This document shows positions 50,581 through 62,952 of a stretch of DNA of 64,000 bases, in pieces. How positions within the stretch are numbered: the first letter of the stretch is position 1; each line of letters starts with the position of its first letter. This stretch comes from Scyliorhinus canicula (lineage: Eukaryota). Location of the stretch: positions 167,037,988 through 167,101,987 of the forward strand of contig NC_052154.1 in the NCBI RefSeq assembly GCF_902713615.1, in the 5' to 3' direction. A program made the translations under genes and the position numbers. The notes under the pieces are model-generated. The model saw nothing but the letters and a program-made list of their open reading frames with translations. It ran no database searches and was not told the origin of the DNA.

Positions 50581-53475
50581 CTACACTATGCCCTTATCAT
50601 CCATATGCTTATCCAATAAATTTTTAAATGCCCTCAATGTTGGCGTGTTCACTACTGTTGCAGGTAGGGCATTCCACGGCCTCACCACTCTTTGCGTAAA
50701 AAACCCACCTCTGACCTCTGTCCTATATCTATTACCCCTCAATTTAAGGCTATGTCCCCTCGTGCTAGTCACCTCCATCCGCGGGAGAAGGCTCTCGCTG
50801 TCCACCCTATCTAACCCTCTGATCATTTTGTATGCCTCTATTAAGTCACCTCTTAACCTTCTTCTCTCTAACGAAAACAACCTCAAGTCCATCAGCCTTT
50901 CCTCATAAGATTTTCCCTCCATACCAGGCAACATCCTGGTAAATCTCCTCTGCACCCGTTCCAAAGCTTCCACGTCCTTCCTATAATGAGGCGACCAGAA
51001 CTGTACGCAATACTCCAAATGCGGCCGTACTAGAGTTTTGTACAACTGCAACATGACCTCATGGCTCCGGAACTCAATCCCTCTACCAATAAAGGCCAAC
51101 ACACCATAGGCCTTCTTCACAACCCTATCAACCTGGGTGGCAACTTTCAGGGATCTATGTACATGGACACCGAGATCCCTCTGCTCATCCACACTACCAA
51201 GAATTTTACCATTAGCCAAATATTCCACATTTCTGTTATTCTTTCCAAAGTGAATCACCTCTCACTTCTCCACATTAAACTCCATTTGCCACCTCTCAGC
51301 CCAGCTCTGCAGTTTATCTATGTCCCTCTGTAACCTGCAACATCCTTCCGCACTGTCTACAACTCCACCGACTTTAGTGTCGTCTGCAAATTTACTCACC
51401 CATCCTTCTGCGCCCTCCTCTAGGTCATTTATAAAAATGACAAACAGCAACGGCGCCAGAACAGATCCTTGTGGTACGCCACTCGTAACTGAACTCCATT
51501 CTGAACATTTCCCATCAACTACCACTCTCTGTCTTCTTTCAACTAGCCAATTTCTGATCCACATCTCTAAATCACCCTCAATCCCCAGCCTCCGTATTTT
51601 CTGCAATAGACGACCGTGGGGAACCTTATCAAACGCTTTACTGAAATCCATATACACCACATCAACTGCTCTACCCTCGTCTACCTGTTCAGTCACCTTC
51701 TCAAAGAACTCGATAAGGTTTGTGAGGCATGACCCACCCTTCACAAAACCATGCTGACTGTCCCTAATCATATTATTCCTATCTAGATGATTATAAATCG
51801 TATCTTTTATAATCCTCTCCAAGACTTTACCCACCACAGACGTTAGGCTCACCGGCCTATAGTTACCGGGGTTATCTCTACTCCCCTTCTTGAACAAAGG
51901 GACCACATTTGCTATCCTCCAGTCCTCTGGCACTATTCCTGTAGCCAATGATGACCTAAAAATCAAAGCCAAAGGCTCAGCAATCTCTTCCCTGGCTTCC
52001 CAGAGAATCCTAGGATAAATCCCATCCGGCCCCGGGGACTTATCTATTTTCACCTTGTCCAGAATTGCCAACACTTCTTCCCTACGCACCTCAATGCCAT
52101 CTATTCTAATAGCCTGGGTCTCAGCATTCTCCTCCACAATATTATCTTTTTCTTGAGTGAATACTGACGAAAAGTATTCATTTAGTATCTCACTTATCTC
52201 CTCAGCCTCCACACACAACTTCCCACCACTGTCCTTGACTGGCCCTACTCTTACCCTAGTCATTCTTTTATTCCTGACATACCTATAGAAAGCTTTTGGG
52301 TTTTCCTTGATCCTACCTGCCAAAGACTTCTCATGTCCCCTCCTTGCTCGTCTCAGCTCTCTCTTTAGATCCTTCCTCGCTTCCTTGTAACTATCAAGCG
52401 CCCCAACTGAAACTTCATGCCTCATCTTCACATAGGCCTCCTTCTTCCTCTTAACAAGAGATTCCACTTCTTTGGTAAACCACGGTTCCCTCGCTCGACC
52501 CCTTCCTCCCTGCCTGACTGGTACGTACTTATCAAGAACATGCAATAGCTGTTCCTTGAACAAGCTCCACATATCCAGTGTGCCCAACCCTTGCAGCCTA
52601 CTTCTCCAACCAACACATCCTAAGTCATGTCTAATGGCATCATAATTGCCCTTCCCCCAGCTATAACTCTTGCCCTGCGGGGTATACTTATCCCTTTCCA
52701 TCACTAACGTAAAGGTCACCGAATTGTGGTCACTGTTTCCAAAGTGCTCACCTACCTCCAGATCTAACACCTGGCCTGGTTCATTACCCAAAACCAAATC
52801 CAATGTGGCCTCGCCTCTTGTTGGCCTGTCAACATATTGTGTCAGGAAACCCTCCTGCACACATTGTATAAAGAATGACCCATCTAATGTACTCGAACTA
52901 TATCTTTTCCAGTCAATATTTGGAAAGTTAAAGTCTCCCATAACAACTACCCTGTTACTTTCGCTCTTTTCGAGAATCATCTTCGCCATCCTTTCCTCTA
53001 CATCCCTAGAACTATTAGGTGGCCTATAGAAAACTCCCAACAGGGTGACCTCTCCTTTCCTGTTTCTAACCTCAGCCCATACTACCTCAGAAGAAGAGTC
53101 CCCATCTAGCATCCTTTCCGCCACCGTAATACTGTCCTTGACTAGCAGCGCCACACCTCCCCCTCTTTTGCCCCCTTCTCTGAGCTTACTAAAACACCTA
53201 AACCCCGGAACCTGCAACAACCATTCCTGTCCCTGCTCTATCCATGTCTCTGAAATGGCCACAACATCAAAGTCCCAGGTACCAACCCATGCTGCCAGTT
53301 CCCCAACCTTATTTCGTATACTCCTGGCATTGAAGTAGACACACTTCAAACCACCTACCTGAACACTGGCACCCTCCTGCGAAGTCAAATCTGTGCTCCT
53401 GACCTCTATACTCTCAATCTCCCGTACCCCAAAACTACAATCCAGGTTCCCATGCCCCTGCTGAATTAGTTTAAA
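50581..53475 (-). pseudogene. CR1 ORF2 (APE endonuclease + reverse transcriptase), intact except for one in-frame TGA at 51262-51264
   Basis: YFNARS, SETW, MGDFNFP, SDHN; KSPGPDG, NYRPVSLTS, DFSKAFD, GVPQGSVL, FADDTK. The 740-aa and 225-aa ORFs are in the same frame: FNVEK*EVIHFG. Confidence 0.97.
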
Positions 53476-53707
53476 CCCCCCCAAAGAGCACTAACAAATC
53501 TCCCCCCCAGGATATTGGTGCCCCTCAGGTTCAGATGTAGACCATCCTGTCTATAGAGGTCCCACCTTCCCCAGAAAGAGCCCCAGTTATCCAGAAATCT
53601 GAATCCCTCCCGCCTGCACCATCCCTGTAGCCACGTGTTTAATTGCTCTCTCTCCCTATTCCTCATCTCACTATCACGTGGCACGGGCAACAACCCAGAG
53701 ATAACAA
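53466..53707 (-). pseudogene. CR1 ORF1 C-terminus (SGNH/GDSL esterase domain)
   Basis: LNTWLQGWCRREGFRFLDNW...YRQDGLHLNLRG (DxxH block). Confidence 0.92.
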
Positions 53708-54662
53708 TAGTGTCAATTTTAAAAAATAAGGTAAAGTTTTCTCTTTTACTTAAGAACTATTGCAACTCTTAACTGTAAAGCTATTTCTTTCTCGCCAATG
53801 TGATTAATTAATCCACCCTGCCTTGGAAAAACATTTAAATTTGTTTACTGTCACCATGACAAAAGTCTGGGCCTCCACCCTGACAGCACATTGGGTGTAC
53901 CTACACCACATGGATTGCAGCGGTTCAAAAAGATAGCTCACCTTCTCAAAGGCAGTTAGGACTGCAGAAAATATGGACGTAGCCAGCAACACCCACGTCC
54001 CATGAAGAAATAAAACAAATGCTGTGGGAGAGCTGATTGTGAAGTATCGACAGACCACACTGTAGCAGGAAATATATTCCTGATAAACAAGATATAATTA
54101 GCAGCCTTTTGGAATTTTACACACACCCTATGATCTGACATTTTTCATGTCCAATCATGATTTCAGTTTCAACAGCAGCTTTGTCTTACAAGAGGTTGTT
54201 TGTGTGTTTAAATTAGCAGTGTTGACAGATAGGATTATTAACTTTTTAAGGACAAATGCCTATCTATTCTTTACACATAGATGATTCGGTTTCTGTGCAA
54301 TTGAATGAGTAAGTTATTACAAGGAGCTGTTTTGCTCATGGTTTTTGGAATCAACATCTAAATCAGAAAGGCAAAATGATAATATGCAGAGGTGAAGGAT
54401 AATATGGTTTGCAGCATTACGCTGTAGTGAGATAAATCAGCCACCGGAGGGAGATATTCAGCTGAATCCTGTGTGTGTGAATGATATTGATTGTTCCACG
54501 TGTATTAAACCCATTGGATGTTAGTTAACATGACTAATACTTCAATAAGAGAAAAACACAATTATTTTTAACCCTTTAAAAAAATAATACAGATGTCCAA
54601 GGCCTGGGGCACCAGAAAAATAAAGATGCTTCTTTCTGTCTATTTGATTGAAATCCCAAATA

Positions 54663-54893
54663 TTGGATTGGATTGGATTTGTTTATTGTCACGCGTACCG
54701 AGGTACAGTGAAAAGTATTTTTCTGCGAGCAGTTCAAATAGTACATGAAAATAAAATAAAAGAAAAAGAAAATACATAATAGGGCAACACAAGGTCCACA
54801 ATGTAAATACATAGACATCGGCATCGTATAAAGCATACAGGAATGAAGTATTAATCAGGTCAGTCCATAACAGGGTCGTTTAGGAGTCTGGTA
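54663..54893 (-). mobile_element. Rex1/Babar-type LINE 3' UTR
   Basis: (ATCCA)n tail; homologous to 57463-57690. Confidence 0.82.
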
Positions 54894-55249
54894 AAACTGA
54901 TCGTATCAGCCAATAGATGTCCCTCAGGGTCAGAAACAATTCAGTTCCAAACTGAAGCTAAAGGTGGAATTTTCTCAACTTAATCCCTGCTGTAATTTCA
55001 GGATCATTAATGGGTGAGGAATCCCCTGAAATCTCGCATAGGCTTTGCCAAGGCTCCCATCATAACAGGTCACAGACCTGAAATGCTAACCCCATTTCTC
55101 TCTCCTCAGCTGCTGACAGACCTGCTGGGTTTATTTCAGATTTCCAGCTTCTGCAGTATTTTGCTCTTTATCTGAGTCACAGAAACCCGCCTCCGGGTTG
55201 CCTGGCTGATCAGGGAGCGGGGGGCGGACTTTTCATCAGGGGTACCAGA

Positions 55250-55485
55250 AAGAAGGAAACTCTCTCAGAATGGAAGCAAGACATGGTCCAGTTCCCGGGG
55301 GTAATGCCAGATGAATCCAGGGCCAGCAGAGTGGTCCTCTTCTCTGACAGTGGGAGAAGGACGAGGCCAGATAGATTGATGAAGAAGGCCCCGCTGGAAG
55401 TAGCAGAAGCAGGATTCTGATGCCCAAGGCCTGGATTCAGAGCTGCAAAAGGTTTAATGATCTCATCAAGTCTGGAAGTGTGAAT
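55250..55485 (+). pseudogene. Harbinger Myb/SANT DNA-binding protein remnant
   Basis: RASRVVLFSDSGRRTRPDRLMKKAPLEVAE...PKAWIQSCKRFNDLIKSG. Confidence 0.75.
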
Positions 55486-55527
55486 GTCATGATACTTTCA
55501 GGCGGTCACAATGACTTTCTCATCCGA

Positions 55528-55864
55528 GGGCATCATGGCGGCACAGTGGTTAGCACTGCTGCCTCACAGCAGCCAGGGACCTGGGTTCAATTCTGGCCTT
55601 GGGTGACTGTCCGTGTGGAATTTGCTCATTCAAGCCCCGTCTGCGTGGGATTCTCCGGATGCTCCGGTTTCCTCCCGCAGTCCAAAGATGTGCGGGTTAG
55701 GTGGATTGGTCATGCTAAATTGCCCCTTAGTGTCCAGGGATGTGCAATATAGATGGCATTACAGGAATAAGGCAGGGGAGTGGGCCTAGGTAGGGTGCTC
55801 TTTCAGAGGGTCAGTGCTGACTCGATGGGCCGAATGGCCACCTTCTGCACTGTAGGGATTCTAT
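55528..55864 (+). mobile_element. Full-length V-SINE, CR1-type tail
   Basis: Head, V-domain and GGGATTCTAT tail. Confidence 0.92.
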
Positions 55865-55994
55865 CTCCCTCGCAATGTCCTGTACAGAACTCCTCTGACT
55901 GACACACCTTACTATTCCACACACCATCCTTTCTCACCAACCCTCTCCTCACATTTCTACCTCAGCAGACAGCACTCAGGCTCACATCCATCCT

Positions 55995-56570
55995 CAGGTA
56001 CCGAGGTACAAAAAGTAACCTAATGGAATGGTGATCTCAAGGGAATTGGAATCTAAAAAGTGAGGAAATGATGCTTCTGTTGTGTCTACCATTGTTTGGG
56101 GTCGATCTGGAGTATTGCATTCAGAATTGGCTGGAGCTACAACACAGAGTCACGAGAATGAAGCGAGGACTTGAAGAGACAGGTTGCATATACACCTAGC
56201 TTGTGTCTCCTAGAGTTTAGCTGGTTGTGGTTGGGTCTAATTAAGCTGTTTAAATGATAAAGGGCTTCGATTGTGTAAATACAGAGGAAGTATTTCTTCT
56301 GGTAGGGGAATCCAGTGCATAACCGGAAAATTAGGAGTGAAATCAGGAAGCATTTTTCACAGCAGGGGTATTGTAAAACTAAATCTGGAACTCGCACCCA
56401 AAAAAGTGGAGATGCAGGGTCACCTGAAGCCTTCAAGGCTACCATTGTCAGATTGCTGTTGGGTAACCCTATCAAAGGATGTAATGGGTAAATATGATTA
56501 AGATATAGATCAGCCTTGATGGGACAGGCACAAACAGCAGAATGGTGAACTCTTGTTCCTGTGTTCTAAT
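55995..56570 (+). mobile_element. Old CR1 3' fragment
   Basis: Degenerate DLEYCIQNW motif and CR1 3' UTR. Confidence 0.7.
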
Positions 56571-56999
56571 AAATTACTATTTTGGCCTAAAAAAAAGGAA
56601 TTTGGTCAGTGGATGAAACTTTATGGTGGAGAACCAAAGATGCAGTACTCTGAAATGTGTTTGAATTATTTATGGGGTTCAACTTGGTGTTGAAAGAGCA
56701 AACTAAAACAGGCAGCTGTGAAAAATCACTGAATTAGAGCAAATCTGTCAACCGCTATTACATGAAAGATGAAGAATTTTATAGGCTCAGAGTAGCATTG
56801 TATTCACATTTTCCTGTAATAATATCTAACACCGGGATAGGAGCTCATGGATGATTAAAAATATGAGGGAACAGTACTGGGCAAGTGAAAGAGATACGTA
56901 CAGAATATAGACGTCTCATAAAGACAGTCTTCATCCAATGCATTTTCACTTTTTCATCTGGGCAGGAGTTATACTCACTGTTGTGCACAGGAGGTGTAC

Positions 57000-57226
57000 T
57001 TTTTAAAAATAAATTTAGAGTACTCCAATTTTTTTTTTCTAATTAAGGGGCAATTTAGTGTGGTCAATCCACCTACCCTGCACACCTTTGGGTTGTGGGG
57101 GTGAGACCCATGCAGACATGAGGAGAATGTACAAATCCACACGGACAGTGACCCAGGGCCGGGATCAAACCCGGGTCCTCGGCGCCATGAGGGAGCAGTG
57201 CTAACCACTGCGCCACCCTGCCGCCC
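57000..57226 (-). mobile_element. Short-tail V-SINE with ~12-bp TSD
   Basis: ACAGGAGG(G)TGTA at 56987-56998 and 57227-57239. Confidence 0.92.
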
Positions 57227-57317
57227 ACAGGAGGGTGTAGTGATCTATCAGCCTCATTCACTTGGTGACACACTCATCTCTGAGGCTGCAGATTGCAACT
57301 GCAGAGATTTTAGCAGA

Positions 57318-58690
57318 TAGAAACATGGACATAGAAACAGGAGGAGGCCATTCAGCCCTTCGAGCCTGCACCGCCATTCATTATGATCATGGCTGATCAT
57401 CAAGTTCAATACCCTGATCTCACCTTCCCTCCATATCCCTTGATCCCTTCATCAAATATCTTTTGGATTTGGATTTATTTTATTGTCATGTGTACCGAGG
57501 TACAGTGAAATGTGTTGTTTGATGTGGAGTCCAGACATTTCATACATGAAGAAAGCATAGGGCACACACAATGTAAATACATAGACACATGCAGCAGGTG
57601 AAGCATACAGGAGTGCAGCACGACTCAGTAGACCAGATGTTCGAAGAGATCAGATAAGTCCATAAGAGTCAGTCAGGAGTCTGGTAACAGCGGGGAAGAC
57701 GCTGTTTTTTGAACCTGTTAGTGCGTGTTCTCAGACTCTTGTATCTCCAGCTCGATGGAAAAAGTTGGAAGAGTGAGTAACCCGGGTGGGAGGGGTCTTT
57801 GATTATGCTGCTCCATTTCCCAAGGCAGCGGGAGGTGTAGACAGAGTCAATGGATGGGGGGTGCGGGTTCGCATGAGGGACTGGGCGGTGTTCACAACTG
57901 TAGTTTTTATGGTCTTGGGCCGAGCAGTTGCCATACCAGCTGTGATGCAGCCAGATAGGATGCTTTCTATGGTACATCTGTAAAAGTTGGTAAGAGTCAT
58001 TGTGGACAGGCTGAATTTCATTAGTTTCCTGAGAAAATATAGGTCGTAGCGTCGACGTGGGTGGACCAGGACAGACCCACTGTCTGGCTTCCTATTTTTG
58101 CTACCGAAGTGGATAATCTCACATTTATCCACATCATACTGTATCTGCCATGCATGTGCCCACTCACTCAGCCTGTCCAAATCCTGCTGAAGCATCTCTG
58201 CATCCTCCTCACAGCTCACCCTCCCACCCAACTTTGCATTATCTGCAAATTTGGATATAACATATTTAGTTCCCTCATCCAAATCATTAATTTATTATGT
58301 GAACAGTTGGAGTCCAAGCATACATCCCTGTTGTACTGTACTACTCACTGCCAGCCAATCAGAAAAAGACCTATTTATTCCACTTTTTGCTTCCTGTCTG
58401 CTAACCAGCTTTCTATCCATCTCAAGACACTACTCATAATCCAATGCGCTTTAACTCTACATATTAATCTGCTATGTGAAACCTTGTTGAAATCCTTCTG
58501 AAAGTCTAAATAAACCACATCCACTGGTTCTCCCTGGTCAATTCTACTAGTTACATCTTCAAAGAGTTCTAAAAGTTGGTCAAGAATGATTTTTCATTCA
58601 GAAATCCATGCTGACTTTGCCTGATTATACCACTGCTTTCCAAATGCTGTGCTATGAAAGCCTTGATAGTGGACTCCAGCAACTTCCCTA
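57318..58690 (-). mobile_element. CR1 fragment (57318-57462 and 58078-58690) interrupted by Rex1
   Basis: ISKFADNAKLGGRVSCEED...DKCEIIHFGSKN; CR1 tail at 57318. Confidence 0.88.
57463..58075 (-). mobile_element. Rex1/Babar-type LINE 3' end
   Basis: LYFLRKLMKF...LTNFYRCTIESILSGCITA/WYGNCSAQD...IIKDPSHPGYSLFQLFPS...RTRTNRFK. Confidence 0.9.
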
Positions 58691-58734
58691 CTTTCTTCAA
58701 ATCGAGGCCATTTCAGGTGGAAGCAAAATGACAC

Positions 58735-59075
58735 AGGGTGCTATTTCAAAAAGCAGGGGAGTTATCCCCCTTCCAGTGTCCAACCAATATTCAGCCCTCA
58801 ATAACCATCGGAAAAAGAGACTATCGGGTCATTATCACATTGCTGTTTGTGAGAGTTTGTTGTGTTTGTTGTGGCTGCCACATTTCCTATACTGCAGCAG
58901 GGAATATGCTTCAAACCAAACCAAAGACCTGTCTATCGGTTCAGGTGGAGTTCTAGGGCCCCATGGCATGATGCAAAAGATCAGAAACTCTCCCAGTGTC
59001 CTGGCCCATAGTTAACCATCAGCCAATGCTGCCAAAATAGGTGAACAAAATGGCTGTCATTTGCCATTGCTATTA
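58735..59075 (+). mobile_element. Ancient Deu-domain SINE remnants (SacSINE1/AmnSINE1-like)
   Basis: GCAGGGGAGTT...GTGTCC...CCAATATT...CCCTCAA...CACATTGCTGTTTGTG...GGCTGCC...TTTCCTA resembles the recalled DeuSINE consensus; partial second copy at 58985-59075. Confidence 0.55.
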
Positions 59076-59433
59076 ATAAAGTGAAAAATTCCATCAATAT
59101 TCAAACATAGTGAAAACCTTTGCTCCAGAACTTGCCGCACCCCTAGCCAAGCTGTCCCAGTACAGCTGCAACACTGGCATCTACCCAGCAATGTGGAAAA
59201 TCACCCAGTTATGTCCTGTACCCAAGAAACAGGACAAATCCAACCCAGCCAACTCTGGTCCGTCAGTTTACTCTTGATGATCAATAAAGCGACAGAAGGG
59301 TTCAGCAACAGTGCTATCAAGCGGCCCTGAAGCTCAGCAATAACTTGGTCACCGCTGCTTAGTTCACTCCCTCCACCACCGGCGTACAGTGACAGCATTG
59401 GGTTACCATCCTACAAACATATCTGTCCTCAAA

Positions 59434-59659
59434 GGGCAGCACGTGGCTCAGTGGTTAGCACTGGGACTACGGCGCTGAAGACCCGGGTTCGAATCCCGGC
59501 CCTGGGTCACTGTCCATGTGGAGTTTGCACATTCTCCCTGGGTCTGCGTGGGTTTCATCCCCACAACCCAAAGATGTGCAGGCTAGGTAGATTGGCCACG
59601 CTAAATTGACCCTTAATTGGAAAAAAAACAATTGGGTACTCTAAATTTATTTTTTTTAA
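59434..59659 (+). mobile_element. Short-tail V-SINE with 12-bp TSD
   Basis: B box GGTTCGAATCCC; ATCTGTCCTCAA at 59421-59432 and 59660-59671. Confidence 0.94.
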
Positions 59660-60721
59660 ATCTGTCCTCAATGATGAGGGAGCCCAGCACATCAGCGTAA
59701 AAGACAAAGCTGAAGTATTTGCAATCAACTCCAGCCAGACGTGCTCCACTTTGTCCTGAGGTTCCATGTGATATAAAGAAATGATGCTGGATGAAGGAAA
59801 TGCTATGGGTTCTGACAACATCCCGACTGTATACTTCAGAGCGAGTCATGCCCTTATCCAACTGGCCCAGTACAGCTGCAGCATAGGCATATACCCAAGA
59901 ATCTGGAAAATTGTCTCAGTACGTCATGTCCACAAAAAGCAGGATAAACCCAATCCGGTCAGTTACTGCCCATCAATTGACTCTCAACATCAATAAAGTG
60001 ATAGAAGTTGTGGTCAGTGGTACTAACAAAAGACACTTACTCACTACTAACTTACATACTGGTGTTCAGTTTGGGTTTCACCAGAGCCACTTAGCTCAAG
60101 ACCACATTATATCCTCCCTTCAAACATGGACAAAAGAGCTGCATTCAAGAGATGATGTGAGAGTGTCTGCCCTTGACATCAAGGTAAATGTGGCCAAGAG
60201 GGGCATTAAAGAGCCCCAGCCAAACTGGAGTCAATTGGAATCAAGAAAAAATGTCCATAAACTGGAGTTATACCAAGCGCAAAGGAAGATGGTTGGTTGC
60301 TGTTGGAGGAAAATCATCTTTGGACAGAACTCTGAGGCAGGATGTCCTCAGGGTAGTGTCCTAGGCCCCACCATCTTGATTACTAATGTGAGGTGCAGCG
60401 CGTATATACATGATTCAGTGAATCAAATCAAACACTGAGTCCATCAAAGATTTCAGATCAACAATTAGTTGGTTAGCCACTTTTTTGGACTGAAGCAATC
60501 TAGTGTTGTGACAGAAGACCAAGGTCACTCCGAGACTACCAAACGGCCCCAACGCTAAAATGACCAGTTCCCAGTGATTCACCGTCAGTCAGCAGCAATG
60601 ACAATACACATTAAGTCGCATCGGCAACATGATGAAGCACCCATCAATATCAATGTGCCCAGAAACCAACATGTACAGCAGAAAGGTCTGAAAATAGTTC
60701 TAATGAAAGCAACAGGACACG

Positions 60722-60948
60722 AGAAGACAAGGAGGAACTTCTTCACCCAAAGGGTTGTGAATCTATGGAATTCCTTGCCCAGTGAAGCAGTAGAGGCTCC
60801 TCCATTAAATGTTTTAAAGATAAAGATAGATAGTTTTTTGAAGAATAAAGGGATTAAGGGTTATGGTGTTCGGGCCGGAAAGTGGAGCTGAGTCCACAAA
60901 AGATCAGCCATGATCTCATTGAATGGCGGAGCGGGCTCGAGGGGCCAT
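60722..60948 (+). mobile_element. CR1 3' terminal fragment
   Basis: RRNFFTQRVVNLWNSLP...GIKGYGVRAGKWS*. Confidence 0.9.
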
Positions 60949-60949
60949 A

Positions 60950-62330
60950 TAAGGTTCATGGTGATACTAGTCTGCATGGCTGACGGAAGATAATTTTCAA
61001 ACGCAAAACCATGCTGAGCCTCAAGTTCCCGACAGGTGTTTGTGTGCTTCTCCATGACAACAGCTGGATGGTTGAGGATGGGGTGAACATAAGCTTTGGA
61101 AATGTGTGGAATAGACGGTCCTTGCAATCTACATAAAGAATACAGCTTATTAGGGTGTGTTAGGAATCAAAAACTAACATGAATTTATTAAATGCATTTA
61201 CAAATATGAATTTATTAAAAGGGGTTATAACCAATGTTCACACACTTGGAGCAAAATACATTGCTTGTTGCATGTTTACGCAGGCAGTCAACCTTACACC
61301 ATTGAACCTTCACAACACCACAAGCTCATATCAGTAGGATGAGTTTCCCAGCCGAACCTTGTACTCTTCACAGATCTCAGTTAGTAAAACAATCCAATGA
61401 AAGACCGTGGCTGTTTATTGTAGAAAGAACTCTTGCTGCTTACTGCAAAAGGAAAAGACGTTGAGACAGAAATTAGGTGCACCCTCGAGAAGAATTGGGG
61501 AGGGCAAATATTGCCGGAGCTAGGTGACAGCTTACTTGTGAACCATGTAATTCATACAATGTTCTGTATACGTGACTGTCAGTAAATAAAGGTGCTTGCA
61601 GTTCTGTAGAGTGGCAGAACGCTGGTTCGGAGGTCCCTCTGATGTAACTCTCTCGCACCATACAATGGAAGAATAACCAATTGTGTTGTCCCTAAGACTC
61701 CTGAGATCATTTTGTGCAAAATGTATGGGACATGTTAGAGATCAAGAGGTTCCTGTTGAAAGGTAACACCGCATTGCAGTTACATCTGAGGCTCCAATAT
61801 TGATAGTTCAACCTTTGGATGTGCACTTTAACAATGGTCATGTTCCTGATATATAAAACAAATGGATGGATGATGGTCCTGGTTCTGTCATTGACTAAGC
61901 TCAGACCTGCATCATGTTCTTGCATTGTTCAAACCGAGATATCATCAACGATGATTTCACAAGGTTGCCCTGTGAAGAGTTGTTCCATAGAACATCGGCA
62001 GACCTCATTACCCGTGGAGATACCATAGGGCTTGCGGAAAAACCTGTATCCACGCATCAGAGACATCCACATAGTGAGCTTCGAAGGCTCTCCATCCAGC
62101 GGGATTTGCCAAAATCCACATTGTGCATCCAAGATGCTAAAGGCCTTTGCACTGGGCATGGCAGGGATGACCTGTTCAACTTCATTCATAGCCTGGTGAG
62201 GTCCCAGGAGTGCTTTGTTACGGTGAACTGGATCAGTGCAAATTCTGACTGTGCTGTCTTCCTTTATAACAGTTACCACCGCAGAATGTTTGTGAGACTG
62301 CACTCACTCAATATGAATTTGTTATTTTGG
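60950..62330 (-). mobile_element. Decayed Gypsy pol (RT and downstream domains)
   Basis: KEDSTVRICTDP...FSILDAQCGFWQIPLD...GYRFFRKPYGIS...CEIIVDDI. Confidence 0.85.
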
Positions 62331-62654
62331 GACTGACCATTCATGCAATAGCGGCTAATCTAGTTATTAAACTTAGGAAACATTTATTAAACCACAAAAC
62401 AATGTTTAATGAGCTTGGCAGTGACTTTATTGGCTCAACATGGTTCTTGCTTCCCGATTCAGCCTGGGACTGGATGACATGCGACCTTCTCTGTGTCAGT
62501 TCTGAAACCCTCTGCTCCCAGTTGGAAGGCAATCTTCAGTTTCAAATTTAGCAAGTGCCTGGCAGCTCCAAGCTGCTCTTTAATTTGTTCCAAACCGCAG
62601 CCTATGTGCCTTATCCGTCATGTTTTTGAATTCTGATTGGCTTGAGCAATGCAT

Positions 62655-62952
62655 GATCAGTGGTTAGCACAGTTGCTCCACAGCTCCAGGGTCCTAGGTT
62701 CGATTCCCCGCTGGGTCACTGTCCGTGCGGAGTCTGCACGTTCTCTCCGTGTCTGCGTGGGTTTCCTCCGGGTGCTCCGGTTTCCTCCCGCAGTCCAAAG
62801 ATGTGCTGGTTAAGTGGATTGGCTTTGCTAAATTGCCCTTAGTGGATTGGGTGGGCTTACGGGGATAGGGTGAAGGTGTGGGCTTAGGTACAGTAGAGAC
62901 TCGATGAGCCGAATGGCCACTTCTGCACTGTAAATTCTACACTATCTATGCT
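62655..62952 (+). mobile_element. V-SINE, CR1-type tail
   Basis: Head, V-domain and CTGCACTGTAAATTCTA tail. Confidence 0.92.

Larger units (their letters stand above)
50495..53707 (-). mobile_element. Young CR1 (HER1-like) LINE, 5'-truncated within ORF1
   Basis: ORF1 C-terminus, complete ORF2, short 3' UTR and (TTCTATG)n tail. Confidence 0.98.

Noticed and set aside
51262-51264. Selenocysteine recoding of the Cys>TGA codon
   Set aside because: No SECIS evident in the very short 3' UTR; a random nonsense change in a truncated copy is simpler.
59434-59510. tRNA genes
   Set aside because: A/B-box sequences here and elsewhere are SINE heads continuous with V-domains; no complete cloverleaf.
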